Both the position numbers and the translations under genes were made by a program. Below, piece after piece: positions 1 to 9,806 of a DNA stretch of 64,000 nt (the first letter of the stretch is position 1; the number at the start of each line of letters is the position of its first letter). A model generated the notes under the pieces. That model was not told the DNA's origin. It saw nothing but the letters and a program-made list of their open reading frames with translations, and did not search any database. Origin of the DNA: Candidatus Melainabacteria bacterium (GTDB lineage: Bacteria; Cyanobacteriota; Vampirovibrionia; Gastranaerophilales; Gastranaerophilaceae); the NCBI GenBank assembly GCA_003258725.1, contig QHMG01000005.1, forward strand, positions 47,152 to 111,151, read 5' to 3'.

Positions 1-824
1 GTAATCTCACGAGCTTGCATATCGCAATCTAAAATCTTAATTAAAATTCCGTCAGCTTCTTCTAGGTTTACTACAATACAAAGTCCGCCAGCACCAACTT
101 TTGCGACTAAATTATCAGAACCTTGCATAATTTTTGTGTCTAATCTGTCTTCACCACCAATGATATACGGGTGATTGCGAAAGGCATTGCGAATTTTTTT
201 GTATTTTTCTGATGTAAATAAGTTTAAGTATCCCTTTAGCATATTTTCTAATGGCATTGAACAAATTGGGACTCCACAGCCGTCTTTTGTAATTGGATAG
301 TCTTCTTCAATTTCACAAAAATCATAAATTCTATTTTTAATTTCTTGTTGAAGCGGGTGTTCTAGTTGGTCATAGGTGTCTAAATCCCAACCATTTTTTT
401 TGCAAATGGCTAACATCATAATGTGTTTACCAACGCAATTATTTTGGAAAATATTAGGTTCTTCACCATTTTTAATCATTTCTTCTAAGGCTGTTTTTGA
501 AATAGGTTTATGAATACCACATCTCAACTTGCTTTCATCAACACCAATTTTATTTAATAGGTGTTTTGCAAGTTCAACGTGACACTTCTCTCCCGCATGA
601 GAAGCGCAACAAATTGCAATTTCTTCTTCTGTAAAATCTAAGTCATAATCAAGTATCAAAGATGCTTGGATAGGTTTTGCGCAAGAACGTAAATAAAACG
701 GATAGCCAAAAGTTTCGCCAAATTCAAATCCAGAAGAAACTACAAAGCCTAAATGTTCTTGTTCAACAAGTCCATCTCTAAAATATTTTACTAATCTTTG
801 TGGTATGTAGCTATCTGGGTACAT
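1..824 (-). CDS. Asparaginase-II family-like protein (partial; the N-terminal 274 aa are in the window and the C-terminus lies beyond the window start)
   Basis: Open frame on the minus strand from ATG at 822-824 to the window edge, with no in-frame stop (checked codon by codon). Motifs CASHAGEKCH and CVGKH resemble the PF06089 asparaginase II family. TAATG start/stop overlap with the upstream gene 824..1594. Missed by the ORF track because it is truncated. Confidence 0.4.
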   Translation of the reverse strand, partial: MYPDSYIPQRLVKYFRDGLVEQEHLGFVVSSGFEFGETFGYPFYLRSCAKPIQASLILDYDLDFTEEEIAICCASHAGEKCHVELAKHLLNKIGVDESKLRCGIHKPISKTALEEMIKNGEEPNIFQNNCVGKHIMMLAICKKNGWDLDTYDQLEHPLQQEIKNRIYDFCEIEEDYPITKDGCGVPICSMPLENMLKGYLNLFTSEKYKKIRNAFRNHPYIIGGEDRLDTKIMQGSDNLVAKVGAGGLCIVVNLEEADGILIKILDCDMQAREI

Positions 825-1594
825 TAATTTTTCTTAAACATTGATAATAACTTAGCTAATTTAGCTTTTAAAAGCATGTTTTGTTTTTTTAATTCTTCAA
901 TTTCAGCAACGTATTTGCTTTCGTTAGCAGTAACACCTTCTGGAATGATAGAAGTATCTAAAATAAATCTTTTTCTAGCTTCTTCTTTGATAGTGATTAA
1001 AGATGCTGTATCTTTTTCTGTAATGTAACCTAAGTCAATCATAACTTGAGCAATCTTAGATTTTTGACCAGCAGCAGTAAGTTCTTTTTGTTTTCTGATA
1101 GTCATTTCTAATTGGTCAACGTTAATTTTGCCAACACGTTTGAAATATTCACCTGTTCTAAATCTACCTGACATAAAACCAGCCATTGCAACGATTTTTA
1201 CAGGAACAGGCGCTTTAATCATATCTGCATCCATTGCAGTCATGAATAATTTACAAACTTCTTCAAGAGTCCAAAAACGGTTCAACGCAATTTCCATGAT
1301 AGAAAGACCTTCGTCTAAATCTTCCATAAACAAGTACATATTTGGCTCGAAACCTTTTTGACGTTCTTCTAATTCAGATTTACCAACATAAGAAAGAATA
1401 GGAACGTACAAATGTAAAAGGTCTTCTTCTTTTCTGTTGATAAAGTCTTCAGAAAGCAATGATTGTAGGTCTTCGTACAAATGTAAGAAGATTACCTGTT
1501 TAATCCAAAGAGGAAACTCTTTTAGCTTTTCTATGAAATTGTTTAATAAATTTTTTTTCAAAATACTCTCCATTAAGTATTCTTTTTTATACAT
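824..1594 (-). CDS. Hypothetical protein with a C-terminal GspE-N-like (T2SS-E N-terminal) domain
   Basis: 256-aa ORF. The C-terminal segment IAQVMIDLGYITEKD...LITIKEEARKRF resembles the GSPII_E_N fold motif. Translationally coupled (TAATG) to the downstream gene. Confidence 0.4.
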   Translation of the reverse strand: MYKKEYLMESILKKNLLNNFIEKLKEFPLWIKQVIFLHLYEDLQSLLSEDFINRKEEDLLHLYVPILSYVGKSELEERQKGFEPNMYLFMEDLDEGLSIMEIALNRFWTLEEVCKLFMTAMDADMIKAPVPVKIVAMAGFMSGRFRTGEYFKRVGKINVDQLEMTIRKQKELTAAGQKSKIAQVMIDLGYITEKDTASLITIKEEARKRFILDTSIIPEGVTANESKYVAEIEELKKQNMLLKAKLAKLLSMFKKN

Positions 1595-1652
1595 TATATA
1601 TTATAATATAAATAAAGGCAAGTTTATTATATAAATATATAAAAGGAAGAAA

Positions 1653-2159
1653 ATGAGCGTAGATGGATTTTCAATGTCGAGTTTGGGACTACCCAAGGAT
1701 ATAACTTCAGCGCAAATGACAGCGAGTACTGAGCAGGCGGTTTTAAATGCTGGTGAAAAGGTTGTTGGCAAAATTGACAGAGCTTTAAATAAAAAGATTG
1801 ATAATAATACAGACGAAGAAAAAGAAAAAAATCAATTTTTTGAAGATGGTTTTCAAAAAGATGACGATGATGATAACGAAGATGAAAACCAAGAGGAAGA
1901 AGCAAAAGGTTTTTCAGTAAATCAAGATGAAATTTTCAATGATGGTATAGCTAGAAAAAAACGTTTTAAACGCTATAAAGCACCAGTAATAAAAGATCCT
2001 GAAAATATAACAATACGTATTAATAATAACTTGAATAATATTGAATTATATAATATAGTAACTAATAAGACTGTTGAGATTATTGATGCGGAAGATTTTG
2101 TTAACATGGTTAATAAGCTGGATTATAATTCTGGAATTTTAGTTAATAAAAATATTTAA
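1653..2159 (+). CDS. flaG: FlaG-like flagellar protein
   Basis: 168 aa, with an acidic low-complexity middle. The C-terminal block ELYNIVTNKTVEIIDAEDFVNMVNKLDYNSGILVNKNI matches the FlaG C-terminal pattern (EVIRQIPPEE..L.....G.lvD.k). Sits immediately upstream of fliS. Confidence 0.45.
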   Translation: MSVDGFSMSSLGLPKDITSAQMTASTEQAVLNAGEKVVGKIDRALNKKIDNNTDEEKEKNQFFEDGFQKDDDDDNEDENQEEEAKGFSVNQDEIFNDGIARKKRFKRYKAPVIKDPENITIRINNNLNNIELYNIVTNKTVEIIDAEDFVNMVNKLDYNSGILVNKNI

Positions 2160-2182
2160 AGAGGTACAATTTAGAGGTTTTT

Positions 2183-2599
2183 ATGAATCCATATTTAAAG
2201 ACATATCAAAAAAATGAAGTTGAGACAGCATCTCCAGAAAAAATTTTAATTTTGCTGTATGACGGAGCTATTCAGTTTTTAAATAAAGCAAAAATTGCGA
2301 TGAAGGACAATAATATTGCTGAGATTCACAATAACATAATGAGTTGTGAAGAAATTATTGAAGAATTCATCAATACAGTAGATGAAGAAAAGGGTGGGGA
2401 GTTTGCAGTAAGAATAAAGGCTTTATATCAATATTTTTATAATACTTTGGTTATGGCGAATATAAAAAAAGACGAGTCTAAAATTGATGAAGTATTGAGA
2501 CATCTAGTAGATTTGCGTGCAACTTGGAAGCAGGCAATTGCAATCGCAAATAGCCAACGTGCCCAATTAAGTTCAGGGGTTTCGGATTACGAAGGTTAA
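2183..2599 (+). CDS. fliS: Flagellar export chaperone FliS
   Basis: 138 aa. Carries the FliS family hallmarks Y....TASPEKLILLLYDGAI.FL..A and GGEFA..I..LY.Y. Confidence 0.85.
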   Translation: MNPYLKTYQKNEVETASPEKILILLYDGAIQFLNKAKIAMKDNNIAEIHNNIMSCEEIIEEFINTVDEEKGGEFAVRIKALYQYFYNTLVMANIKKDESKIDEVLRHLVDLRATWKQAIAIANSQRAQLSSGVSDYEG

Positions 2600-2601
2600 T
2601 T

Positions 2602-2973
2602 ATGACTAAGCAATTTGACCAATTAAAAATGTTATACAAACAGGTTTTAGCGACCTCTGTTGAAGTTAAAAAATTTATAGAAAAAGAAAATTACGACGAG
2701 GCTTTATCAAGAGAAACTCACAAAGCACAATTGATTAGCAAAATTAATATTGTCAAAAATTCTTTTGATTTAACAGATTTTGAGCAATCTACTTTGAGAA
2801 AAATTGTAGAGGATATTCAAAAACAAGAAATGGAAAATATTTCAACTGTAAAAGATTTAAAAGACGATACAGCTTTAAAACTAAAAGCATTAAAGGCAAA
2901 GTCAAAAATTACAAATAAATATTCTGGAGATACAGAACCACAGGAAGGTTCTATACTAGATTTTAATGAGTAA
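2602..2973 (+). CDS. FliT-like helical protein (putative flagellar chaperone)
   Basis: 123-aa all-helical protein directly after fliS, in the position FliT occupies in the flaG-fliD-fliS-fliT arrangement. No strong sequence motif. Confidence 0.3.
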   Translation: MTKQFDQLKMLYKQVLATSVEVKKFIEKENYDEALSRETHKAQLISKINIVKNSFDLTDFEQSTLRKIVEDIQKQEMENISTVKDLKDDTALKLKALKAKSKITNKYSGDTEPQEGSILDFNE

Positions 2974-2976
2974 TTT

Positions 2977-3894
2977 TTGCATTATAATATAACTATGGAA
3001 ATATCAAAAAACGATAAAGCTAAAAAACTTGCAACAACAATTTCAATTTTTTCAAATTGTGTTCTTATTGCTATGAAAATTGTTGCAGGGATTGTGTCAG
3101 GAAGTATCGGGATTATTTCAGAAGCAATACATTCTTTTTCAGACCTGTTAGCTTCTTTTATTGCGTATTTTTCAGTAATAAAATCGGCAAAACCCGCAGA
3201 TGAGGATCATTCTTACGGGCATGGAAAATATGAAGATTTGTCAGGTTTTATTGAGGGGTGGCTAATTGTTTTTGCTGCACTTTATATTGCATACGAAGCG
3301 GTTAAAAAGATTGTATTTCATTCAAATGTTGAAATTAGTGTAGATATTGGTATTTACGTAATGGCACTTTCGGCTGTAATCAACTGTTTTATAAGTTGGT
3401 ACTTATTTCATGTTGCTAAAAAAACAAGTTCTATTGCGGTTTATGCTGATGCTGAACACTTAAGAACAGATATTCTTTCTTCAGCAGGTGTATGTTTAGG
3501 TTTGGTTTTAATCAAAATTACGGATATTCATATTTTAGACCCAATTATAGCTTTAGTTGTTGCAACAATTATCCTAGTTGCAGGGTTAAAAATTTGTAAT
3601 CAAGCGAAAAACAATCTTGTTGACAAATCCTTGAGCGAAAAAGAGGTTGAAAAGATTGAACAAATTGTAGATAGTTTTATTGACGGTTCGGAATTGATTA
3701 CGATTAAAACCCTAAAAACAAGAAAATCGGGCATAAAAAAGAATATTGAACTTGTAATAGAAGCAAATAAAAATATGACTATCGAAAATAGCCATATTCT
3801 TTGTGATAAAATTGAGCGAAGATTAAGTGAAACTATTGGTAATACTGAGGTTTCAATTCATTTAGAGCCGAGTATTGAGCGAGTTCCAGCTTAG
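2977..3894 (+). CDS. Cation diffusion facilitator (CDF) family metal efflux transporter
   Basis: HSFSDLLAS...DEDHSYGHGKYE signature, six TM segments and a C-terminal cytoplasmic domain. The true start may be the downstream Met (MEISKN...). Confidence 0.85.
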   Translation: MHYNITMEISKNDKAKKLATTISIFSNCVLIAMKIVAGIVSGSIGIISEAIHSFSDLLASFIAYFSVIKSAKPADEDHSYGHGKYEDLSGFIEGWLIVFAALYIAYEAVKKIVFHSNVEISVDIGIYVMALSAVINCFISWYLFHVAKKTSSIAVYADAEHLRTDILSSAGVCLGLVLIKITDIHILDPIIALVVATIILVAGLKICNQAKNNLVDKSLSEKEVEKIEQIVDSFIDGSELITIKTLKTRKSGIKKNIELVIEANKNMTIENSHILCDKIERRLSETIGNTEVSIHLEPSIERVPA

Positions 3895-3961
3895 TAAGGC
3901 ACTTGAAAAACCTAAAAAAATACGTTAAACTGAATAATGTTACAAATTATGAGGATAGCTT

Positions 3962-4570
3962 ATGAAAATGTTTCAAAATAAAAAATCTGTTGCCTTCACA
4001 CTTGCTGAGATACTTATGGTAATGGGTATCATTGGCGTTGTTGCGGCGATTACAATTCCAAATTTAAACAAAAATATTGGTGATCAAGAAAGAGTTGCAA
4101 AAGTTCAAACAATGGTCGCTGATGTTGATCAAGCCTATAAAATCGCACTAAAAAAATATGATGATGAATGGACTACAAATTCTTATGGTCCACGAATTTT
4201 AGAGTTTATGCAAACTAAGCTAACTTGTACCACTGCTAATGCATCAAACTGTGCTCCACTTGGTTATAAACGACGAGGTTCTGGGGTTTCAACTGGAATT
4301 CCAAATCAAGGAGTTGCTGCAACATTTAATGATGGTTCAACAATCTTATTTGGTGGTAATATTGCATATATTGACATTGACGGTAAAGGTGGATATCAAA
4401 CTTTGGGAGTTGATGGCTTTTTAATAGGGTTTGGAGAAAGTGGACTTTTGATGAACGGCTCTGAAAATGATTCAAATGTAACCAATTACACTTCTTGGAT
4501 TGTAAAAAATGGAAATGCCGAATATTTACATTGCAATACGGTTAAGAATTCAAATATAACCTGCAAGTAA
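3962..4570 (+). CDS. Prepilin-type N-terminal cleavage/methylation domain protein (type IV pilin-like)
   Basis: Leader MKMFQNKKSVA followed by FTLAEILMVMGIIGVVAAITIPNL. Glu at +5. C-terminal Cys pairs. Ala rather than Gly at -1. Confidence 0.8.
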   Translation: MKMFQNKKSVAFTLAEILMVMGIIGVVAAITIPNLNKNIGDQERVAKVQTMVADVDQAYKIALKKYDDEWTTNSYGPRILEFMQTKLTCTTANASNCAPLGYKRRGSGVSTGIPNQGVAATFNDGSTILFGGNIAYIDIDGKGGYQTLGVDGFLIGFGESGLLMNGSENDSNVTNYTSWIVKNGNAEYLHCNTVKNSNITCK

Positions 4571-4589
4571 TATAAAGTAATAAACATAT

Positions 4590-4629
4590 AAAAAGGCGGT
4601 CTTGAATGAAATTCAAGACCGCCTTTTTC
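4590..4629. terminator. Bidirectional rho-independent terminator between the convergent pilin-like gene and ychF
   Basis: GGCGGTCTTGAA...TTCAAGACCGCC perfect 12-bp stem flanked by A-run and T-run. Confidence 0.75.
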
Positions 4630-4638
4630 GTGTTAAAC

Positions 4639-5742
4639 TTAGTTAGCAAACCTAAAGTGCATGATGTCACCGTCTTGAACAACGTAGTCTTTACCTTCAA
4701 GTCTCATTACACCTTTTTCTTTTGCCATTGCGTAAGAGCCGTTGCAAGCTAAAAAGTCATCATAAGAAATAACTTCTGCTCGAATGAAACCTTTTTCAAA
4801 GTCTGTATGAATTACACCAGCGGCTTGAGGAGCTTTTGTGCCTGCAGTAATTGTCCAAGCCTTAACTTCGATTTCACCAGCTGTAATGTATGTTCTAAGG
4901 TTCAATAAATGGTAAACTGATTGAATCATTTTTTCAATACCAGAGCTTGTGATACCAAGTTCTGCTAAATATTCTTTTGCTTCTTCGTTTGATAATTCTG
5001 CAAGTTCTTCTTCTATTTTTGCAGAAATAATAACCATTTCAGCACCGTGTTGTTTTGCATATTCGCCAACTTGTTTGGTGTATTCATTGCCATTTACAAC
5101 GTCTGTTTCTGAAACATTGGCTGCGTAGATTACAGGCTTGATACTCATTAATTGAGTTTGGCTTGCAAATTTTAATTCGTCTTCATCTTCGAATAAATCG
5201 TTGATGTTGATGAAAGATGCTTCTGAAAGTTTGTCGTAAAGAGTTTGCATTACTTTAACTTCCATTTTGGCTTGTTTATCACCAGAGTTTGCGACTTTAG
5301 AAGTTTTTGCAATTCTCTTTTCAAGTGATGCCATATCAGCAAGAGCAAGCTCTGTGTTGATAATTTCAATATCATCTAGTGGATTAACTTTACCCGATAC
5401 GTGAATTGTATTAGGATCGTCAAAACATCTTACTACTTGAATGATAGCGTCTGTTTCTCTAATATTTGCTAAGAATTGGTTTCCAAGACCTTCGCCTTTG
5501 CTTGCGCCTTTTACAAGACCTGCAATATCAACGAATTCAATTGCAGTTGGCACAACTTTTGCAGCATGAACAAGTGGTTCAAGTTTGTAAAGTCTTTCGT
5601 CTGGAACAGCAACTACACCAACATTAGGCTCAATCGTACAGAATGGATAGTTTGCACTTTGAGCGTTTTTAGCACTAGTTAAAGCATTAAATAGTGTTGA
5701 TTTTCCTACGTTTGGTAAGCCTACAATACCTGTTCTTAACAT
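4639..5742 (-). CDS. ychF: Ribosome-binding ATPase YchF
   Basis: MLRTGIVGLPNVGKSTLFNALT P-loop, Obg-family G domain and TGS domain. 367 aa. Confidence 0.9.
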   Translation of the reverse strand: MLRTGIVGLPNVGKSTLFNALTSAKNAQSANYPFCTIEPNVGVVAVPDERLYKLEPLVHAAKVVPTAIEFVDIAGLVKGASKGEGLGNQFLANIRETDAIIQVVRCFDDPNTIHVSGKVNPLDDIEIINTELALADMASLEKRIAKTSKVANSGDKQAKMEVKVMQTLYDKLSEASFININDLFEDEDELKFASQTQLMSIKPVIYAANVSETDVVNGNEYTKQVGEYAKQHGAEMVIISAKIEEELAELSNEEAKEYLAELGITSSGIEKMIQSVYHLLNLRTYITAGEIEVKAWTITAGTKAPQAAGVIHTDFEKGFIRAEVISYDDFLACNGSYAMAKEKGVMRLEGKDYVVQDGDIMHFRFAN

Positions 5743-5805
5743 TATAATTTTTCCTTTATGTTTGTGTGTACTCGTTAATTATACAACAAACATAAAAGGT
5801 GGATT

Positions 5806-7212
5806 TTAATTTTCTTGTTTATCGCCTTGTTCCACTGTTACAGGAATATGTCGAATTACAAGAACCTTTGTAATCCTTACGCCATCAATTCCTTTAACTT
5901 GTAGTGTCAAATTCTTCCACTCTACAGAATCGTCCATTTGCGCAATTCTGCCTAATAATTTAAGAATTACACCACCAAGTGTATCAACATCTTCTTCTTC
6001 ATATTCTTCTTCGTCTTCACCAAAGAATTCAGCCATTTCATCAAGTCTAAGCATACCATTAGCTTCAAATGTGTTTTCACCAATTTCTTTAATGTCAACT
6101 TCTTCAACTTCATCAAATTCGTCTTGAACTTCGCCAAAGATTTCTTCAAAAACATCTTCTAGTGTAATAATACCAGCTGTTCCGCCGTATTCATCAAATA
6201 CAATAGCCATTTGACCTTGACATTTTTTGAATTCTAAAACGATATTGTCCATTGTAATTGTTTCTGGAACAAACAAAATTGGGCGTTTTAATTTTTCAAT
6301 GTCAAATTTTTCACCTTTTAATGCAGATGAATAAAGGTCTTTAACGTGAATGAAGCCGATAATATGGTCGATATCTTCTTCATAAATTGGATAACGAGTA
6401 TATTGATTTTCGCTTGTAAGTTTGTTCAATTCATCAAGAGTAATATCCTTTGGAATACAAATCATGTCTGTACGTGGAATCATTACTTCTTTTGCTGTCA
6501 AATCAGAGAATTTGAACGCATTATGCAACATTTCCTTTTCGGTTTCGTTTAAAACACCTTCTTTGTAACTTGCATCAACCAACATGTCTAATTCTTCTGT
6601 TGAGTGAGCCAAAGAGCTTTTTGGGTGAGGTATTCTCATCATTTTTAATAACAAATTTCCAAAACCGTTTAACAACCAAATAAATGGGTGAAAAAGTGTT
6701 GAAATTATGCTCATTGGTCTTGCAACAAAAAGAGCAGTCGCTTCTGTGTATTGTAAGGCGATTGACTTTGGAACTAATTCACCAATAGCAACGTGCAAGA
6801 AAGTGATTAAAGCAAAGGCTATTGAGATAGAAATAGTGTGAGTTGCTACACCTTGCGCCAAATGTGGCAAAAAGGCAAAAATGGGTTCAATAAGATGTGC
6901 TAAAGTTGCTTCACCAACCCAACCTAAACCAATACTTGAGATTGTTACACCTAATTGAACAGCGGCTACAAACTTGTCCAAATCGTTAATTTGCTCTAAT
7001 GCAACGTCAGCGGTAGAATTTCCATTTTTTGAAAGTTCTTCCATTTTTGTTTTTCGAACCTTTACCATTGAGAATTCTGATGCTACAAAAAATGCATTCG
7101 ATAATAATAAAAAGCAAATTACAAATAAATTAAATATCGTACTGACTGTCGAATCCATAAATTTTTTTATCCTTTTATTTACTATTTTATAATATATCAT
7201 GGAAAAATGCAA
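5806..7212 (-). CDS. CNNM/CorC-family transporter (DUF21 membrane domain, tandem CBS, CorC_HlyC)
   Basis: N-terminal 4-TM DUF21, a CBS pair, and a C-terminal transporter-associated domain. The real start is probably the downstream Met (MDSTVSTIF...). Confidence 0.85.
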   Translation of the reverse strand: MHFSMIYYKIVNKRIKKFMDSTVSTIFNLFVICFLLLSNAFFVASEFSMVKVRKTKMEELSKNGNSTADVALEQINDLDKFVAAVQLGVTISSIGLGWVGEATLAHLIEPIFAFLPHLAQGVATHTISISIAFALITFLHVAIGELVPKSIALQYTEATALFVARPMSIISTLFHPFIWLLNGFGNLLLKMMRIPHPKSSLAHSTEELDMLVDASYKEGVLNETEKEMLHNAFKFSDLTAKEVMIPRTDMICIPKDITLDELNKLTSENQYTRYPIYEEDIDHIIGFIHVKDLYSSALKGEKFDIEKLKRPILFVPETITMDNIVLEFKKCQGQMAIVFDEYGGTAGIITLEDVFEEIFGEVQDEFDEVEEVDIKEIGENTFEANGMLRLDEMAEFFGEDEEEYEEEDVDTLGGVILKLLGRIAQMDDSVEWKNLTLQVKGIDGVRITKVLVIRHIPVTVEQGDKQEN

Positions 7213-7249
7213 ATATTCATGTTAATATTTTACGGAAAGGGTACGAATT

Positions 7250-7498
7250 TTGAGATTAGACAAGTATTTAAAGGTTTCAAGACTTATAAAACGTAGAACT
7301 GTTGCAAATGAAGTTTCTGATATGGGCAGAGTTTTAGTTAATGAAAATCCTGCAAAACCTTCAAAACAACTTAAAGTTGGTGATATTATTAAGATTGAAT
7401 ATCACAATAGAACAGTTGTTGCAAAAGTATTGATTATCCCTCAAAATAATGTAAGTATTCAAGAGGCAAGCACTTTATATGAATTAATAGAGGAATAA
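7250..7498 (+). CDS. S4-domain RNA-binding protein (Hsp15/YabO-like)
   Basis: 82 aa. LDKYLKVSRLIKRRTVANEVSDMGRVLVN is a typical S4 domain. Confidence 0.7.
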   Translation: MRLDKYLKVSRLIKRRTVANEVSDMGRVLVNENPAKPSKQLKVGDIIKIEYHNRTVVAKVLIIPQNNVSIQEASTLYELIEE

Positions 7499-7499
7499 T

Positions 7500-8147
7500 A
7501 TGCACGAATTATTAGATTTTCACGCAATGATACAATATTTTCAACAATTTGGAACTTGGGGATTAGCCTTAAATTCCTTCATTGAAAGTTTCTTTTTAGT
7601 TCCACCACCAGACTTTTTGTTAATTATTATGGATCTTGCAAAACCTGAAAAAGCCTTATGGTATGCAACAGTTTGTTCGATTGCGTCGATTTTAGGTGGT
7701 ATCATAGGTTATTTAATTGGTTATATCGGTGGTAGACCTGTATTCAATTGGATTTTTAGAAAAAATCCAGAACATTTTGAAAAAGTAGAAGCTCTTTATG
7801 ATAAATACGGTTCAATTGCTGTATTTTTCGCAGGTTTTACTCCAATTCCATACAAGGTATTTACAATCGCAAGTGGTGTTTTGGGTATGAATGTATGGCA
7901 CTTTACCGTTGCAAGTTTCTTCGGTAGAGCTGGAAGATTTTTCCTTGTGAGTGTTGTTTTAATGATTTGCGGAGAATGGGTTAAACAATACTTAGAGCTT
8001 GTCATTCTTGCTGTTTCTGCTGTAATTGTCGTATTCTTCGTTGTTTTATGGCATAAAGGTAAAAAAACAATGAAAAAATCAGCCGAAAACAAAGAAGTTG
8101 CACAAGTTGAAGAAAACAAAGATGAAAACGCAATTCATAATCTATAA
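7500..8147 (+). CDS. DedA/YqaA (VTT-domain) family membrane protein
   Basis: Multi-TM protein with the VTT-domain pattern (GYLIGYIGGRPV...FFAGFTPIPYKVFTIASG). Confidence 0.6.
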   Translation: MHELLDFHAMIQYFQQFGTWGLALNSFIESFFLVPPPDFLLIIMDLAKPEKALWYATVCSIASILGGIIGYLIGYIGGRPVFNWIFRKNPEHFEKVEALYDKYGSIAVFFAGFTPIPYKVFTIASGVLGMNVWHFTVASFFGRAGRFFLVSVVLMICGEWVKQYLELVILAVSAVIVVFFVVLWHKGKKTMKKSAENKEVAQVEENKDENAIHNL

Positions 8148-9200
8148 TTAAACTTTGTCACGTTCAGTTGCAAGCTCTTGAAGTCTTTGATATAGATTAA
8201 TTTCTTCTTGCGAAAGATTTTTAGGAATTTCAATATTTACTGTTACAATCATATCGCCAGTTTTGTCACCTTTAGTTAAACCTAAACCCGCAAGGCGATA
8301 TTTTTGTCCTGAGTTAGTTTTTGGCATAATTTTCATTGAAACATTGCCTGATGAGGTTGGAACATTGATTGTAGTGCCTAAAACCGCTTCAGGCGGTGTG
8401 ATTGGAATAGTAAATAAAACATTTAAGTCGTCATATTTGAAATTAGAATTATTTTCTATGACAACATTTAAGTATAAATCTCCGTTTTTACCACCATAAG
8501 AGCCTTTGTTACCTTCTGACGGAATTCTTATTTTAGAATTTGGTTTAACATTTGCAGGAATTTTTACGGTAATTTTTTTATGTTGTGAAACAACACCTTT
8601 TCCGTCGCAAACAGGGCAATTCATGCCATTTGCAAAAGGTCTGCCATGACAGTTTGTACATTCTTGAGTCGAAAGAATATTGACAGTTTTTGAAACTCCG
8701 CTCATCGCTTCAAGCATTGAGATTACAACATCAGTCGTGATGTTTGAACCGTTTATTGGGCGATGTTCGTTTTTTTGTTTTGGTTTTTGTTGCGGTTGTG
8801 GCTTTGTTTTTAAGCCATCTAAAAATTCATTGAATATGTTTTGAAAATTGTTAGTGTCTTCTTTTTTAGTTGAAGATTGCTGTTTTTCAGCACTTTTAAA
8901 AACTTCTTCTTGCCTTGCTGTTTGTTGATAAGCCTTTTTTGCCTCTTTTTGAGTTGCTCTGTCTGCAGTTGATTTGTTGTAATTAAAAATGCCTAAAAGT
9001 ATGTCATAGCGCTTTCTTTTGGTTTCATCAGAAAGTGTTTCGTAAGCTTCAGTTACTTCTTTAAACTTTTCAACGCTACTTTCACCTGCAATGTCAGGGT
9101 GATATTTACGGGCTAATTTTCTATATGCAGATTTAATCGCATCAATTGATGCGTCTGGTTCTACCCCTAAAATTTCGTAATAATTCTTTTGTTGCGCCAT
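8148..9200 (-). CDS. DnaJ-domain chaperone (J domain plus CxxCxGxG zinc finger and C-terminal substrate-binding domain)
   Basis: YYEILGV...KYHPD J domain. Only two CxxC zinc motifs. DnaJ C-terminal beta domain. Confidence 0.8.
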   Translation of the reverse strand: MAQQKNYYEILGVEPDASIDAIKSAYRKLARKYHPDIAGESSVEKFKEVTEAYETLSDETKRKRYDILLGIFNYNKSTADRATQKEAKKAYQQTARQEEVFKSAEKQQSSTKKEDTNNFQNIFNEFLDGLKTKPQPQQKPKQKNEHRPINGSNITTDVVISMLEAMSGVSKTVNILSTQECTNCHGRPFANGMNCPVCDGKGVVSQHKKITVKIPANVKPNSKIRIPSEGNKGSYGGKNGDLYLNVVIENNSNFKYDDLNVLFTIPITPPEAVLGTTINVPTSSGNVSMKIMPKTNSGQKYRLAGLGLTKGDKTGDMIVTVNIEIPKNLSQEEINLYQRLQELATERDKV

Positions 9201-9266
9201 ATTAATATAATAATAGAATTTTCTGAAATGGCAATAGTCCTAAGTTACGTAACAAAGCTATTCAAT

Positions 9267-9806
9267 TTAGAATAACGATTTTAAGGCCAATGTGATTAAA
9301 ATTATCCCTGCAAAGATTTCCAAATACTTTGTTGAAAACCTTTTTAGACAACAGCCAGACCAATAACCGACAAGAGCAAACAAAAATGTTGTACAAGCTA
9401 TTAAGCATGCTGGAACAAGAATAGCTGTTTTTGTCAAGGATATGCTAATGCCAGCTGCAAGTGCATCAATACTTGTTGCAATTGCAATCATAAACAAGCA
9501 TTGAAACGATAAACAAAGCGGAACTTCTTTATTTTTTTCAAATGCTTCTTGAATAAATTTTATACCTAAATACATAAATATTGCGAAAACTAACCATTTA
9601 CTTGCAGGTGCTACGTATTTGTAAATAATTTGAGTTGAAAAATATCCGATAGTTGGCATTATGCCTTGAGCTGCGCCTGTAAAGAGAGCTAACATTAATG
9701 AATTACGTACCTTTTTATCTTGTAAAACAAGTCCATGTGCAAAAGATACAACGCATGCATCAATTGAAAGTGCTATTGCAAGCAATATGATTGTAATTAA
9801 ACTCAT
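9267..9806 (-). CDS. mntP: Manganese efflux pump MntP
   Basis: 179-aa six-TM protein with SIDAC / SIDALAAG repeat motifs (DUF204). Confidence 0.8.
   Translation of the reverse strand: MSLITIILLAIALSIDACVVSFAHGLVLQDKKVRNSLMLALFTGAAQGIMPTIGYFSTQIIYKYVAPASKWLVFAIFMYLGIKFIQEAFEKNKEVPLCLSFQCLFMIAIATSIDALAAGISISLTKTAILVPACLIACTTFLFALVGYWSGCCLKRFSTKYLEIFAGIILITLALKSLF

Noticed and set aside
5476-8499. Small overlapping ORFs (5476..5682, 5967..6155, 6346..6552, 6974..7192, 7796..8119, 8263..8499 and similar elsewhere in the track)
   Set aside because: All are embedded antisense or out of frame within strongly supported genes (ychF, CNNM transporter, DedA, DnaJ). They are composition-driven in AT-rich DNA.
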